DNA from: the human T2T-CHM13v2.0 reference genome, Homo sapiens
Direction: 5' to 3' (one strand)
Assembly (NCBI RefSeq): GCF_009914755.1
Contig: NC_060931.1
DNA length: 64,000 bases
Numbering within the stretch: position 1 is the first letter of the stretch; every line of letters starts with the position of its first letter. A program made the position numbers and the translations under genes. This document shows, piece after piece, positions 1 to 16,100 of this stretch. Under the pieces are notes generated by a model that was given only the letters and a program-made list of their open reading frames with translations, was not told where the DNA came from and searched no databases.

Positions 1-414
1 CCTGCACTTTCTTCTTATAAGTATCCTTTCATATCTGAGGCCCTTGGTTTTTAAGGCATGGTCTAAAGGTTAAAACTCTAGACTCTCCTCTGATAAAGAC
101 TCCATCCTCTCCAACAAGCTGCTAAGATACCCGAAGAAGAAAGTCACAAGCATAAGCCCTTGTAAGTACTGGGTCCAGGCCAGGCAGGCTCATTTAGGGT
201 CCTGTGGACACTTGAACAAAATGGAAGACAGACGCAAAGGAATAGATCCCTGAACTCACGAGTCTGGGGAAAGCTGCTTCTAAATAACAAAGAAGAATAA
301 TAACTAATAGTTGTGTAGTACTTTAGAATGTTATAAAGTTATCTCATATTTGTTATATCATTTAATTCTCAAAATAATGCTAGGTCTTAATTAAATTCTC
401 AAAGCTATGTCTAG

Positions 415-1225
<811 letters not shown>

Positions 1226-1499
1226 TGTTGTATTTATTTTTTAATCAACTACTCTCTCATTATTAACACAACTACCTTTATCTTCTTCTCTACAAAGCCA
1301 TACCAGGCTCTATTGACCATTTTCTTTTAGAAACTTCATGGCACTTGCAACCTACAGCACACAATTCATTCAGCAATGGTTACAGAGAAACTCCTATGCA
1401 TGAGGCAATGTACAAAGTGTTATTGCTTAGAGGCTGGAGTAAGAATGAGAAAATAATCAGGTATGAGCTTTCCCATGAAAAACTGGTACCAAGCATACA

Positions 1500-1727
1500 C
1501 ACTTGACCCTTGAAACATGGATTTGAACTGAGCAAGTGCACTTATAAGCAGACTTTTTCCAACTCAAAGCAGATCCAAAATACAGTAGTCACAGGATACA
1601 AAACCTAAGCATAAACTTTCTATCCACAAGTTCTGCAGGGCCAACTGTGGGACTTAAATATGCACAGATTTGGATATATTAAGGGCGGCCCTGGAACCCA
1701 TCCACTGTGTATACCTAGGGACAACTG
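1500..1727 (-). mobile_element. MER8 (TcMar-Tigger non-autonomous DNA transposon)
   Basis: Terminal inverted repeats cacttgacccttgaa ... tagggacaactg and an internal match to recalled MER8. Confidence 0.8.
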
Positions 1728-2254
1728 TATTTGTACCGGTAAAACTTGCCAAGGGCAGGGGGTATTTCTTTTTATTACTGTATGATCAGAGTCCAGCATA
1801 GTGCCTGCAACTCCATAACAAGTGCCCCCCACATGCTTGATGCATGTCTAGGAGAGCAGAAAGAGTTGCCCTGGCTCCTATACTTGCCTGTATTGTTCAG
1901 GCTCCTGACAGACACAAGTAGGTTTAACTAAATGCATACTCTTTATTCCTTAACTTTCTTATACTAATAAACTATTGGGAATTCAAGCAGATTTTTGACA
2001 GAGAATGGTGAATAGAACAAAGTATATTTCTGCAGTTTCCCTTTGTATATCTGTCTCTCAGTTTAATATTGAACACTTCTATGTGTCATTTTCTCCATCT
2101 CTCTTGTGCCAAGAGATAGCTCTAAGCAGGCAGCTTAACTATTTCCATTTCTCTTCATCCAAGCTGACCCCCTCTAACTTTCTCAAACTGAACACAGCAG
2201 CACGTTACAGATCAGAAAAGGGCTAGCAATTATATGCTTCTAAGACATGGAAGA

Positions 2255-2430
2255 CAGAGGCAAGGATGTCACTGCTCCTGACTCCCATGCTCATAGCAGA
2301 CGTTGCTCAGCCAGCACTGTCTTTCCTGACCCTACCGAGTCTGAGTAAGGCTACACAACCTTTCCCAACACAGCTCACTACGTAAGCATTACCAATCAAC
2401 GGGAGCTGGCTGACAGTTTGCCACAGTACT
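2255..2430 (-). mobile_element. MER117-like hAT fossil
   Basis: tcccatgctcatagcagac ... ttcccaacacagc ... accaatcaacgggagctggc resembles recalled MER117. Confidence 0.5.
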
Positions 2431-3619
2431 ATCCTGACTGTCAGATATGCTAAGGGTGAAAGAGTAACACAAGGAGAAGAAAAACTAACAGAAAACCAAG
2501 AGGAGTAATTAAGGGCATAAAAGGAGCATAATTAAGAGCAGCAGATGCAATAACAGATTAGGCTCAAAAAGAAGCATGGCCCATTCTCAGTCATGAAGAA
2601 TAAGGGTTAAAAGGGCAAGAAGAGATGGGAGTTCCACAAACACAGTCCAGTAGACTCACAAGGCATGCCCAGTGTCTAAATGAACACATCAACACTAAAG
2701 CAAGGACAGAGAGCAGCCCACCCTCTTGGAATTAAAAACTAATAGGAACAATATGGGAAGGGGTCCCAGTCAAGGAAGTAGCCATGAGATGACTGGCCAC
2801 CCCCATCTACAAAGAGCTAGAAGCAACCCGAGAACATCATTAACTACCTGTCAATGTTCTCTTCAGGCACAGAGCAGCAAAGACCTTTCAGATCACACTG
2901 GAAGGACAAGGACTATTCATAGGTTATCTTACTGTTCCCAGCAACCACCAGAATGCAAATGGGTCAAGGCAGACACAAGACGCTGACAATGGACCTATAA
3001 AAAGGCCTAAGGGATTCAAATTACTTTTCTTCCTTCCATAAAAGTCCTGTGAGAAAGCAGAAGTTTGTTGTAGAAGTGCAGAAGTAGTGATTTGGGAAAA
3101 TACAAGTAGCATGTACCGTTATATTTAAAACTTACCTTGGGTCATCCCAACTTCAGCCTAACTTGTATTTTCCAGACAAACCTTTGCTCTGCTCCCCATC
3201 GGTTTAGTGTCTTTTGTGATGGCTTCATAGCAACTGCCTTTTGGCTCTCCATAACCCTTCTTTTATCATCTGTCCCCATGTTTATTGCCCAAAGCAAGTC
3301 AAATGTATAAAACTTTGCTATCCAGTAGAACCCCCTTGGTATGAGTGAGATCACTAAATATAAACCAAATCGGAGCTGAATAATTGAATACACATGCAAT
3401 GTAGGTTAATAATGGAACATTAACATGTCTACCCATGTCCTTTCTATGCCCTCTTATCCCCTCAATTGCTACTAAGTTTTCCATCTTTAGGTTCCCTTAC
3501 CTTTGCAAACACAACAAACGTGAATTACATCGGCCAAACCAGAAAGCTGCCCTATTCATAATTCTTCACCCTCTGTAAGCAACTACTCACAATATCCTAT
3601 CCATTAATATGTAATGTAT

Positions 3620-3925
3620 CACCTTCAGGACTTTTGTTATATAGGCCACCATTTAATACCTACTGCTATTCACTTGATATTTTTCTTTAAATTAGCTCTA
3701 TTTCAAAAGTTGAATAATTATGAGAAGTCTTTATATAACTACCATAATTAGAAAATCAGATTCAACTGTCTAAGTGGAAGATAATAGGGAAAATATAATG
3801 GAAACAATTTCTGGTTAGTAACTGTTGCCTGGCCCAAGGTTCTGATCTGAGACATCCTCCCTTCTCTGAAATAAGAAGACAGATAAACTACTAGTGGTTA
3901 AAGGTAAAATGATGCTGGCAGTGAA
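3620..3925. mobile_element. MER113-like hAT-Charlie fossil
   Basis: ctttatataactaccataattagaaaatcag ... actgttgcctggcccaaggttctgatctgag resembles recalled MER113. Confidence 0.5.
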
Positions 3926-3949
3926 GTATGGGAGTAAATTACATGTTAG

Positions 3950-4440
<491 letters not shown>

Positions 4441-4789
4441 ATTTTCTATATGTTTGTTAAATAAAAACTGTAACTGCCACAATGACAATACTTGGTTCTG
4501 CTCAGCAGCCCACATGCACTGTGCCAACTAGAACATCACAACAAATGACACTGTCTACCATGTGATGAAAAACCCAGAACATCAATAAATCAAAACCCCA
4601 ACTGTGTCAAGGACACATGCTGAAGGAGGCCAGAGAAAAAGAATGTTGAGATTCCAAAGTGAAGGGAATCCACCTTCCATTTCCTCTGCTTCAACGAAGC
4701 CAAAAATGTGGCTATCCCCCAAGTCCAACAACCTCTGGAAACTGTGATAGGTACTATCAATGATGAACCAAACCCTGATTCAAGGATCT

Positions 4790-5030
4790 CAAAGTCAAAT
4801 GGGGAGACAAATAAATTTTTTAAGTCACAATATAATATGATGATTAAGGGAGGCATGGAACTTTAGAGAAGGGGAAATTATGCCTCTGGAGTCAGAAAAG
4901 GCTTCCCTAAGGGAGGTAAATTTAGAGATGAATCCAAGAGTCTGGGTAGGAATTCATCCATCAGGCAAAAAAACAGGTCCCCCAGGCAGAGGGAATAGAA
5001 TGCACAAAGCCCTAAAGGTGGAAGCATAGG
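4790..5030 (-). mobile_element. L2 fragment
   Basis: gaaaaggcttccctaagggaggtaaatttagag ... ccaggcagagggaatagaatgcacaaagccct, typical antisense L2 3' region. Confidence 0.65.
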
Positions 5031-5447
5031 CAGCACTCAGGCTCTGGCCACACACAAGAGTACCTGAACAGTCTTCTTTACATTGGCTATGCCAAGAAAA
5101 ATCTCACCAAATATCCACATCCTGCAACAGGGAGGTCTACCGATTCTGAAGCCATGATTTCTTACCACATCATGTCCAGGATGAACAAGTGTGGAGAATG
5201 AATGATAGCGGAATCTGCACAGAGAGGCACCACAGGGGGCTCAGGCCAGGTTACTAGCAGCAGAGGGAAGGAAAGAAAGGCTTTTAAGATAGACTGAAGA
5301 GACTGACAATAACGTGACACCAATGGGACCCACTGGGAAGCAACTACGCTGAGACAGCACACTGTTAGGCAGCAAATCCAGCCAATGGGTGCTTCGGAGC
5401 CAGGTATTTCAAGGTGTACTTATCAACAGAAAAAGGCTCTGTAAACG

Positions 5448-5631
5448 TTTTCTTTTTCTTTTTTTTTTTTTTTTTTTTTGAGATGGAGTCTTGCTCTATT
5501 GCCCAGGCTTCCAGGCTGGAGTGCAATGGCATGATCTTGGCTCACTGCAACCTCTGCCTCTTGGGTTGAAGTGACACTCCTGTCTCAGCCTCCCGAGTAG
5601 CTGGGATTACAGATGCCCACCACCATGCCTG

Positions 5632-5675
<44 letters not shown>

Positions 5676-5793
5676 AGTAGAGATGGGGTTTCACCATGTT
5701 GGCCAGGATGATCTTAAACTCCTGACCTCATGATCCGCCCACCTTGGCCTCCCAAAGTGCCGGGATTACAGGCATGAGCCGACACACCCGGCC
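5448..5793 (-). mobile_element. AluS with the central linker replaced by a (GT)20 microsatellite
   Basis: Reverse Alu flanked by TSD-like aaggctct(g/a)taa. Confidence 0.95.
5634..5673. repeat. (GT)20 microsatellite
   Basis: Seen directly. Confidence 0.98.
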
Positions 5794-6385
5794 TAAGGCT
5801 CTATAACTTGATTAGTTTAGCAGACAGCATCCATCTTTTCCAAAGAAAAGGAGTTATGTTTGTCAGTTTACTTCATCAGTGATCTCTACTAATGCCTCAA
5901 AGATCCAGAAATAACATTACAACCTTAATTATGTAAGCCTAAGCATAAAACTGTGTTCAGCCAAAGTGGCCCATAATTAGTACTATTATGTACATGATTA
6001 ATAGAAAATATATTTTTTCCACAGAATGAGGATAATAAGTATTGAACTTAAAAAGTGTGATCTAGTTTATTTGTTGTGGTAGACAACTCCTAAAATTCAA
6101 AGAAATATAAAAACACTTATCTTTTCCAGACAACAGCCTTCAAATGTTCTCAAGCATTAAACCTGAAAGTTGGAACAAGGGGTGCCGCTCTGGCAGACCC
6201 AACGTGCCTTACATGACAGGGGTGCCTGACAGAGATGTGTGTGCGCATGTGGCTCAGTGGGAGGACAGGGACTCTGAAATGACAGATAATCAGATTACCG
6301 AAACACAACAACTTGGAAACGATGAGGAAGAAAGCTTCACTGAGAAAGCGAAAATAAAGAAGAATAATATTAAGTTCAACAAAGA

Positions 6386-6657
6386 GGCTAGGCGTGGTGG
6401 CCCATGCCTGTAATCCCAGCACTTCAGGAGGCTGAGGCGGGCAGATTACCTGAGGTCCGGAGTTTGAGACGAGCCTGGCCAGCATGGTGAAACCCTGTCT
6501 CTACCAAAAATACAAAAATTAGCCGGGTGTGGTGGCAGGCGCCTGTAGTCCCAGCTATTAGGGAGGCTCAGGCAGGAGAGGTTGCAGTCAGCCAAGATCA
6601 TGCCACTGCACTCCAGCCTAGGTGACAGAGCAGTACTCCATCTCAAAAAAAAAAAAA
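6386..6657 (+). mobile_element. AluS with a ~20 bp deletion in the right arm
   Basis: ggcaggagag joined directly to gttgcag; the aatcgcttgaacccggg segment is missing. Confidence 0.95.
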
Positions 6658-7928
6658 CCAAATCAACAAAAAAACACTCTGCAATCCTATTTACCTCAAC
6701 AAGCTCTCAAGGTCATCCACTGGAAGAGAGCGGCAAGGATTTCGAGCTATGGTAAGGAGGAACGGACTTTGGGGAAACATGGGGTCAGGGACAGGACAAC
6801 TGGGAAACACCTTAAAACAGACTGAGCCCAGTTAGGGGGCAGAAACACAGGCCGGGAACCATAAGAAAGTTCTGGAAGTGGCATGTGGAGGGCAGATGAG
6901 GATGATTTTTCTCACTCCTGCACGGTTCCCTCTGGTCTTTCCTTTTGAGCTGTTCCCCATATCCGTCCCCTCCCTTATCTATCCTTCCACTTACCAGAAA
7001 CTTTTTTCCACTCTCTTGTATCTTTTTTTCTTTGCTCATTTCTTCTTCTACAATTTTATTGCCTCACTCTTTGTTCTTGCACTTAGTGAGCTAAAACATA
7101 TGTGAATTGTTTTGTTTTGAAGTTCAAAATAGGTCAATTGAGCATTTCAAATTTCTGACTCCAAAAATCCCTAAGCATTAATCCCACCCCAACTATTTTA
7201 CTTGTGCTCTGATTTCTTTTCTTCTCAAGATAATTCATAGTACTTAAGAGAGAAGATTTCCTATCCCTGACTTAGCAGATACATTCTTCATTCTTTTAAT
7301 CTTTGCTCCTATTGCTACCTAGCCAATCCTTGAACTTCTTCGTTAATGTTTAACTTTGTGAACTCAGGGAACAATGGGTACTAAGGACATGACATAGTTG
7401 GTGTGTGTAATATTGTGCTTTGTGGTGAGTTTGGTTTTTTTTTAATTTTTTAATAAAAAAATTTTTTTTTTTTTTGGTAAAGCAAAATGAGCATTGTTCT
7501 GGGATCACACACTGCAGAATCAATACATATGGGTGATGGTTCAGCAAACGACTATGCCTCCCCACTGAAGGTAGATTTCCAAGTTTCTTGTGTCTACTGA
7601 CTGTCTGTTTTTCTAATTATTTCCCAATGATCTGGTTAAACAACCCTTCTCATCTCTGAATTCCATTTTGATTTTAAAAATCCACACTACTAATTTTAAA
7701 TCCATTATGTGTAGTTCCACTCTTCATCCTAATTCCTTTACTGTTGTCTGGGTCTACCATGAAAGTGCTCTTTCACAGAATTAGAAATATAACTAAATTG
7801 CTCAGTAGGCAATATTACAAACTGATATAAATGAAATCTTATTGAGAAGCCTCTTTTTACCTAAATACTTTGTTTCATATCACCATCCTTTATTTGCTCT
7901 AGAATGAAAAGAACATGGTAGAAAATTA

Positions 7929-8534
7929 CAGTAGTTCCCCCTTTATCCAAGGTCAACCATAGTCCGAAAATAAGTGAGTACTGTACAATAAGATATTGAG
8001 TGAGAGAGATGATATTCACATAACTTTTATTATAGTATATTGTTATAATTGTTTTAATTTATTATTAGTTATTGCTATTAATCTCTTACTATGCCTTTTT
8101 TAAAAAGAAAAGGCCTCACTCTGTCACTCAGGTTGGAATGCAGTGGTGGAATCATGGCTTACTGTGGCCTCAACCTCCGGGGCTTCAAGTGATCCTCCCA
8201 CCTCAGCCTCCTGAGTAGCTGGGACCACCAGTGTGCACCATCATGCCCAGCTAATTTTATTTTTGGTAGAGATGGGGTCTCTCTATATTTGCCCAGGCTG
8301 GTCTCAAATTTCTGGGACTCAAGCAGTCCTCCCACCTCAGCCTCCCAAAGTACTGGGATTATAGGTGTGAACCACCATGCCTGGCTACTATCCCTAATTT
8401 ATAAATTAAAATTTATCACAGTATGTATGTATGGAGAAAAAAAGTTATACATATAGGGTTTGGTACCATCTGCATTTCAGGCATCCACAGGGGGGTCTTG
8501 GAAGGAATCCTCAGTGGGTAAGGGAAGATTACTG
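7929..8534 (+). mobile_element. MER44A (Tigger7-derived), interrupted by AluJ
   Basis: TIRs cagtagttccccctttatcc ... gggtaagggaagattactg; internal cacataacttttattatagtatattgttataattg. Confidence 0.85.
8096..8385 (-). mobile_element. AluJ
   Basis: AluJ-like caagtgatcctcccacctcagcctc; TSD tactat(g/c)cct. Confidence 0.92.
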
Positions 8535-9080
8535 CATTTATAATAAAGTCTGAGTGCATGCAAATGTTACAGACTGAATCCAAGTTTATGACTGCATTGT
8601 TGTTTTTAAAAATTACAATCATTAGATATAATGGCAGAACTTTGGACCCTGCTGTCTAGTTTATTATTTTGAATCTGGACAGAATCTAAAACTGTTATAT
8701 ACAACCCTATGGAAAAAGATTAAACAACAGACTTTCCATCTAAGGGGGAACTAGTTTCCATCTTTAAACTAAATCCCCCCTGCTGAAATTGAATTCTTAC
8801 AAAAAAAAAAATTAATCCCATACTCAGACATAACTAGAAAAGAGCCAGTCGTAATCCTCTATATCATACTTCTGCACATAGTAGGAAAAAGTGATCCCCT
8901 CAACCCTCTCCTCTTTTAACTAAGTATCTGTATTATACAGCCAAACATTTCTTTATTCAACTTTTCAACTGCAATGTGGATCTTTCCTATATATTTAAAC
9001 TCTAAACTCTTGTGGTTCATTTTAATTTTTGAACCTTAGTTTCTTCACCTAAAAAAATGGACCTAAAAATACCTGCCCTA

Positions 9081-9390
<310 letters not shown>

Positions 9391-9749
9391 CTATTACTCA
9401 TCTTTTGAGCATCAAATTATATACATAAAAGCATGTTTAAGAGGTAAAAACAATATATCCATTCCAAGCAGGTATGTGAGCAAACAAAAGAGAAAAGATC
9501 AGAACGCAGCAAAGAAAAGACATAGGGACAACACGGTGAAGATTTAAGTCATTTTGTCTATATTCTCTGCACTAAACTAAAGCTAATTCATTCTGTGACA
9601 ACCCCCAGGTTTGATTCTAATAAAGACTGGCTTAGTGATTCATAATGAGTTAAGATCTCACCTACCACTGTATTCAAAAAAATCTATAGCATTGAAAAGC
9701 CTTGAGTTGGCTGCTGGCAGGGGGATGATATAATTAGGGAGAGAAGGAA

Positions 9750-9942
9750 ACTGAATCTCAGATCTAGCATTTATTTGCTTTAGGACCATGGGAAGACTTC
9801 ATGGGCTACCCAGGCTTTAGATTCCCCATCAGTAAAATGAAGCTAACCATCGGACCCTCCTCAATGGGCTGCTGGGAGAATTAAATAAGAGAGTTTGGGT
9901 AAAGCCCTGGCACAGTGCGTGACACATTTGTGAAACACTCAG
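9750..9942 (+). mobile_element. MIR
   Basis: ttccccatcagtaaaatg ... gggagaattaaataaga ... gtaaagccctggcacagtgc. Confidence 0.7.
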
Positions 9943-10557
9943 ATACAATCGAGACCAGTAAGTGAAAAACAATTAAAAAGATATGTATGTACTTCACAAT
10001 AAAGTTGCAATAACATATCTAAGTAACAAATTATTTCCCAATTGTCTCACATGAGTATCAGCCCTTTTCCTCCAGTATGGTTCTGCTGAGTTCTCTGCAG
10101 ATTATCTACATTTTCAACTGTTTTCTTTAAAGGTCAGTGAGAACTAAAAGACTTAAAAGACTCAATCTGAGTGCAGAACCCTTCTAGATTTCCCCCTAAT
10201 CCTCCACAGTCCTCTTGCCTATACCTAATTCAAGAGCAAGTTTTTAAGTAGATCACCTTTACAAGTCTTCCCAAAGCATTCCTCTTATTTTTCATAGAAA
10301 CAGCTACAGCTGACATGGCACTTAATAAAATTATGTAATAGAAACTACTGGCAAATAGGTGAATAAGCAAGCACAACTGACTTGGTAAGCAGCTGACTTA
10401 ACAGATAAGAAACGCACAGGAGTGTCAGAAAGTCTACCAGTGATGAGCATCAATGTGCCATGGACACTGCAAAGCAAGTCTTATGAGGGAATGGGAAGCT
10501 GTTTTCTCCACGAGGTAGATTCTGTGAAGGTCAGATAAGAGCTTATACTGTATCTGA

Positions 10558-10918
<361 letters not shown>

Positions 10919-11658
10919 ATAGTTGGGTTTATTCTTAGAAGACCCCACATAAATTGTCTGCCTTTCCTTGACCAAATAGTAATCTACGACAAGTTGATCT
11001 AACTCCCTCACCAAAATATTATAAAATATACTTTCAACTTGGCTAAATCCAGTCAAATGTTTTCAACATCTGTAGTAATTCTAACTTGCAAGAGATAGAG
11101 ACAGGAAAAGATCTAAGAATATGAAACACAAGGCATACTGCTGTTGGGCTCAGTTTAGTCACACGCCTCTATAAACAACAAATGAGAGTCTTTCGTGCAC
11201 ACTAAGCTTTGAGTGGCCCATGATACACTACTGGATGAGCAAAGATGTCTTGTCTTGCTTCAGCTTTGGCGACTGTGCTCCTTGGGACCCAAACCGTTAA
11301 CTCCAAATGACTAGCCCTCTAACACCACTTCTAAAAGACCATATAGCTACAAGTTGGTGTATGTTGGACAGCTGTGAGGAGTCTGACAAAAAATCTGATG
11401 CTAATAATAAAGTGCTGAAGATTCCCATGGATTTACATGTTACACAATTCAAGGTTTTCCCTGGGGGAAAATGCTCTCACTTCTCGGGTTTCTGGGAAGT
11501 TTTCTTAAGTGAGAGAAAAAGGGGTAGAGCCACAGCTAGCACACTGGGAACGCACATCGTCATCATGCCCTTCTCTATCCCTTTATTATAACATGAGTAG
11601 TCCATGGAGCAGGGCTGTATAAATGAATACACAAAGAACAAGAATTATCACTCTAATG

Positions 11659-11860
11659 CTGGCATCAACAAACTATGGCCCAAATCTTGCCTTTTGGAAA
11701 TAAAGTTTTATCGGAACAAAACCCATCCATTCATTACTCATTTTCTGTCGCTACTTTCACGCTACAATGACAGAGATAAGAATTGCAAGAGAACCTATGG
11801 CAGGCAAAGCCTAAAATATTTACTACCTGGCCCTTTACAGAAAAAGTTTGCTGGCCCCTG
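11659..11860 (+). mobile_element. MER58A (hAT-Charlie)
   Basis: Ends aaagcctaaaatatttactacctggccctttacagaaaaagtttgctggcccctg; 8-bp TSD ctctaat(g/a). Confidence 0.9.
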
Positions 11861-13136
11861 CTCTAATAGAGAATATGGTGCTTAAACAAACAAACAAAAC
11901 TAGAAAACCTGGCCTTCCTAACACTTTGGGGAAGAAAATAAATAGCAATACAAAGGAGATGCTTATCTGACATGCAAGTCCCCCAAAAATCAGAGAAACA
12001 GATGATTTAAATACACTATTCATTCGCTGAATGACCGAACACACACAAGACAAATACTGTCTCAACTTGTTTTATTTATTGTTGTTTATTTGTTTACTCT
12101 GTCGTCATGAAAAAGCAAAAATGGTCATGAAGGTTCCAGATGCTGACAGAATGCTTTTGTGTGTTTTAGAAGCAAGTAAACAAATGGCCCATCCAATACA
12201 AGTTCAGGTGCTTGGTACTTCACTTAGAATCATAGGCTTGCTATGCCTCAAAATAAGCATGTAATCATTGTTCACTTAATTGTTGTATTGTTTATATGCA
12301 TCTGTATTTTTTAAGTAGTCTCAGATCAAAGAAAAAAACTATCTACAGACTGCCTTAAAAAAAAAAAACCTGGCCTTATAATTTGTAATGAAAACAGCAA
12401 ACCTTACATGCTGAGACAGCTCGGCTTCTTTGTTGATAATTCTAAACATCACTTATTTTCTGTCCACTTACCTCCAGTACTGGCTGGGGAAGGAGTACAG
12501 TAACGGGCATTGCTTTGGATAAAATGGCAATTGATAGAGGTTATTTTCCAGCTATCATGCCCCATTTCCTCAAGATAAATCACCACCAGGAAGAAGCAAA
12601 ACCCATGGAATATCATTAAGTATAGAACAAGAGAAGGAAAACACTGATATATGTAAACTGAACAATATTTTCGCTCTTTTATTATATTTGAGTAAATTAT
12701 GGCTCCAATTTAAAAAAGATTTGAGGGTCTATATATACATTAAGCAAAAAGTTAAACTACACTCATAATGATACTATAATTTTATAAATTTCTCTCTACC
12801 AAAGAATTCAAACCAATTATATATACTTGAAATATACTTACACCACTACTTTCCTCCAGGCTCTGAAATTTCATTTAGGAAATGTAATAAAAGCAAGAAA
12901 ATTCCAAGTACTGGGACAAGTTTCAGTATTCACCCCTTGAAACAGTTCTTTTTCAAAGTAATAAGATTAATAATCTGCAAGTCTCTGCATATTAGGCTCA
13001 TCCTAAAAGTAAACAGTAAATAAACCCAATATTTATTTGAAGGAGGTATCAACAATCCCAATTGATAGGTAAATATACTGAAATAAAGAAGAGCTTGAGA
13101 CCTTTATTAAATACAAAACAGAAATATATGACACAC

Positions 13137-13137
<1 letters not shown>

Positions 13138-13167
<30 letters not shown>
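13138..13167. repeat. (CAA)~10 microsatellite
   Basis: Seen directly. Confidence 0.95.
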
Positions 13168-16100
13168 AACACAAAAAAGGATTAAGTCATTTTCTGAGGA
13201 TTAAATTCTAAGGCAAGTGTTTGGAATTCTGAATGCATTTTTCCATTAGAAAATGGTCCTAAGGCAGCCTGCAAAGCCTGAAGGGCACTTCTTATCACCA
13301 CGTCTCAGAGGATGATGACACTGGGTTGGTGAGAAGTCTAATTTCCCTACAGATCTTATGATTTCCACAGACAAAGAATTTATATTTTCAGAGGACTTGA
13401 GAAATCCTTCCCTTTACGCCACATCTCTATTCAGAGGAGGAAAGAAAGACTTAACAAGAGCAAATGACTACCCAAGGATTCACGGCTAGAAACAGTCCAT
13501 AAGAAGTGCAGAGAAGAGCTGCCTCACTTCTACAGCTTTTCCTTGATGTGATGTATAGCTGAGCTAGACTTGACCAGCTTTCTTAAGCTCACAAAGAGAA
13601 ATGGACAGAGTAAAGGAAAAAAACTGTTCCCAGCTTGGTAGGCAGGAGGTAGGACGTGGAAAAGGAGGCAATGGCTTCAGGTAAGCATGGGTGTGCCTGG
13701 GAAGCTGCCTGAGACCTGTGGGTAGACATGAAGACAAAGGGCGGGTACAGCACAAGCACTGGACCCTTAAGAAGGAAGAAGGGGGTTGACCAAACCTCTC
13801 CTGCCTCAAAAATCTGTTCATAGGCATTAAATGTGACCTGTGCCAAGCAAAATTACTAATATCACCACTAATCCCTGTGCTCATTAATCATCAGTACTCA
13901 GTTCACCATTTCCAAACATCAAATAGAACACCAGAGTTTTAAAAACTGCCAGTATCCCACTGCAATGCAACTCACTCATGTGAGTCCAGGCCAGGTCCAT
14001 TCCCATATTCTGCCTACTCATTAAAAGAGGCCTCAATATTATATCCCTGCTTCTCTTCCTCTCTATACTTTTTTTTTTTTTAAGCAAACTTACTAGCAGA
14101 TACTACTGATAAACTTTGATCAAAATGTCCATTGTGGCTTTGAAAGGCGTAAGTCATATTTCCCACTTGGGCAAGAAACTATTCTGATTATTTGACTTCA
14201 TAATCCAAGTGTGTTAATCAATTTTTATATAGTTTTATTCACTCTCAGGGTTTAGCCACAGTTAAGACTCCCAACCTTGTCTTACGTTTACTTACAAATA
14301 GCTACCCTGTATTTCAAGTATGGGGCAACCTACCAGCAAAGCAACTACTTCTTACTTTTCTAAATCACAACCCTTGGCCAATAATGAGGAAACTTCATTC
14401 CAAATGATGTTGATTCATCAAACCTATCCATCCATGATTGTGCTGAGCATTAAAACTTACATGTACAATCATCATGTGAAAAACCTACTCATTCCCCAAC
14501 ATGCAGGATCTGAAAACGGCCAAGAAGGAACACCAGAATGAAACAGTCACTTAGAATAGGAATTCAAGACAATCAGAATATTGTCTTGCTCTTATAGGCA
14601 CAAAGCATACACCTTTCAAATATATGTCACAACAGATATTGTCCCAACAATGTCACAATAAACTTGACTGAAAATTCAAACCAAAATTGATCAAAATTCA
14701 AATGCACCAATAGGCCCTTCTAATAATTTTTTAATTTAGATTCAAAAAGGACATGAATAGTCCTTTTCCGAAAGTTGGGTTGATATTTCATTTGGTTTTA
14801 AATGTCTATGTGTTTCAGCACAGTTGGATAAAGTATGGCTGTCTATTTATAGACAGACAGATTTGTGTGACTGGACACTTCAAACTCGCCTTTCCATATG
14901 GATAAGAGATAAGATTAGACATAGATAAAAGTAAATATGCCAAATATTCAGAGGGAAGAAAATAAAAATAATTCCATTTATACAATGACCAGACTTTTGG
15001 GACGTACAACCAGCTGGAATATAGTAGTTACGTTGAATAAGATTTTTTCAAAAAAATTCATAGCAACAGGGGTATCAGTTTATAAACCTGAGAGTTTACA
15101 TGAGGGTTCTAATGTACGTTCAGATCCTCAGCCATAAAATTACATATAAAATAGTACAACAAATCAGAACCCAAGTTCTTAATCCAAATAAACATATTTT
15201 TTCAAATATGCCTTGTCAATGGGAAATAAACTTGAAGATAGACCCCACCACCAATCTGATTTCCCAGCAGCCAGAAATATTTTTGGTCTTTAGTCCCTAA
15301 AATCCTTATGTAAACACTTTGCTATCCTAACATTAAAAAGAAACAGATACATGGAAGTTCAACTTGATTTAGAGAAGGAATGAGAAAGATTAAGCACAAA
15401 AATTAACACATAGATGAATTGTTTAATTTATTAGCTCTATGCAATAAGTGAATGGAGTCTTAGATTTTTAGAGAATATTACATTCCTTTGTAGACAACAG
15501 TAATAAACTATGCAATTCATCAGAACAATAAGAATAACATTTGTCTTATAAATCTTGGAGTAGCCATTCAATTCAACTAGAAGAAAAATGGGACTTTGAC
15601 CACAGCTGGAGAAATAAGGAATAGGAGGCAAAAGAAATTTTGGCATTTCCATGAGAGTAAGATCAGTCAGAAGGGTAAGATTAGGTGACAATGATGAGAC
15701 TAGGAATGAGAAAGGACTGCATAGTGAAATATGAAATGCATCTTATGGAAATTTTGAAGACTAATAATAATCAAACAGTAGTGGTACAGTTTTGGCCTAA
15801 CATCTCACACTAGTCTCACAATAATAGTATGACACACATACATAAATCACAGAATGAAGTACAAAGCAGGGTATTTAAAAAAAGCTCGATTATTTTTAAT
15901 TTATTAATGTGTCAGTGTCTCACAGTTAAAGTCCAATTCATTATTCTTGGTTTTAAGTATAGGTAAAAATTAATCTCTCCTCATCTTGCCCTACCACGAC
16001 TTGAAATTGAGACTATAAACCACCTAGAGTTCATTTAAAAGGGTCTCACTGGTTCTGGTCATAGTAAAGAAGTAAAATATTTTTTAAACCTCTTTTTTGT

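Noticed and set aside
3501-3572. Minus-strand AG...GTAAG pair around ~72 nt
   Set aside because: Stops in all three frames and a weak pyrimidine tract.
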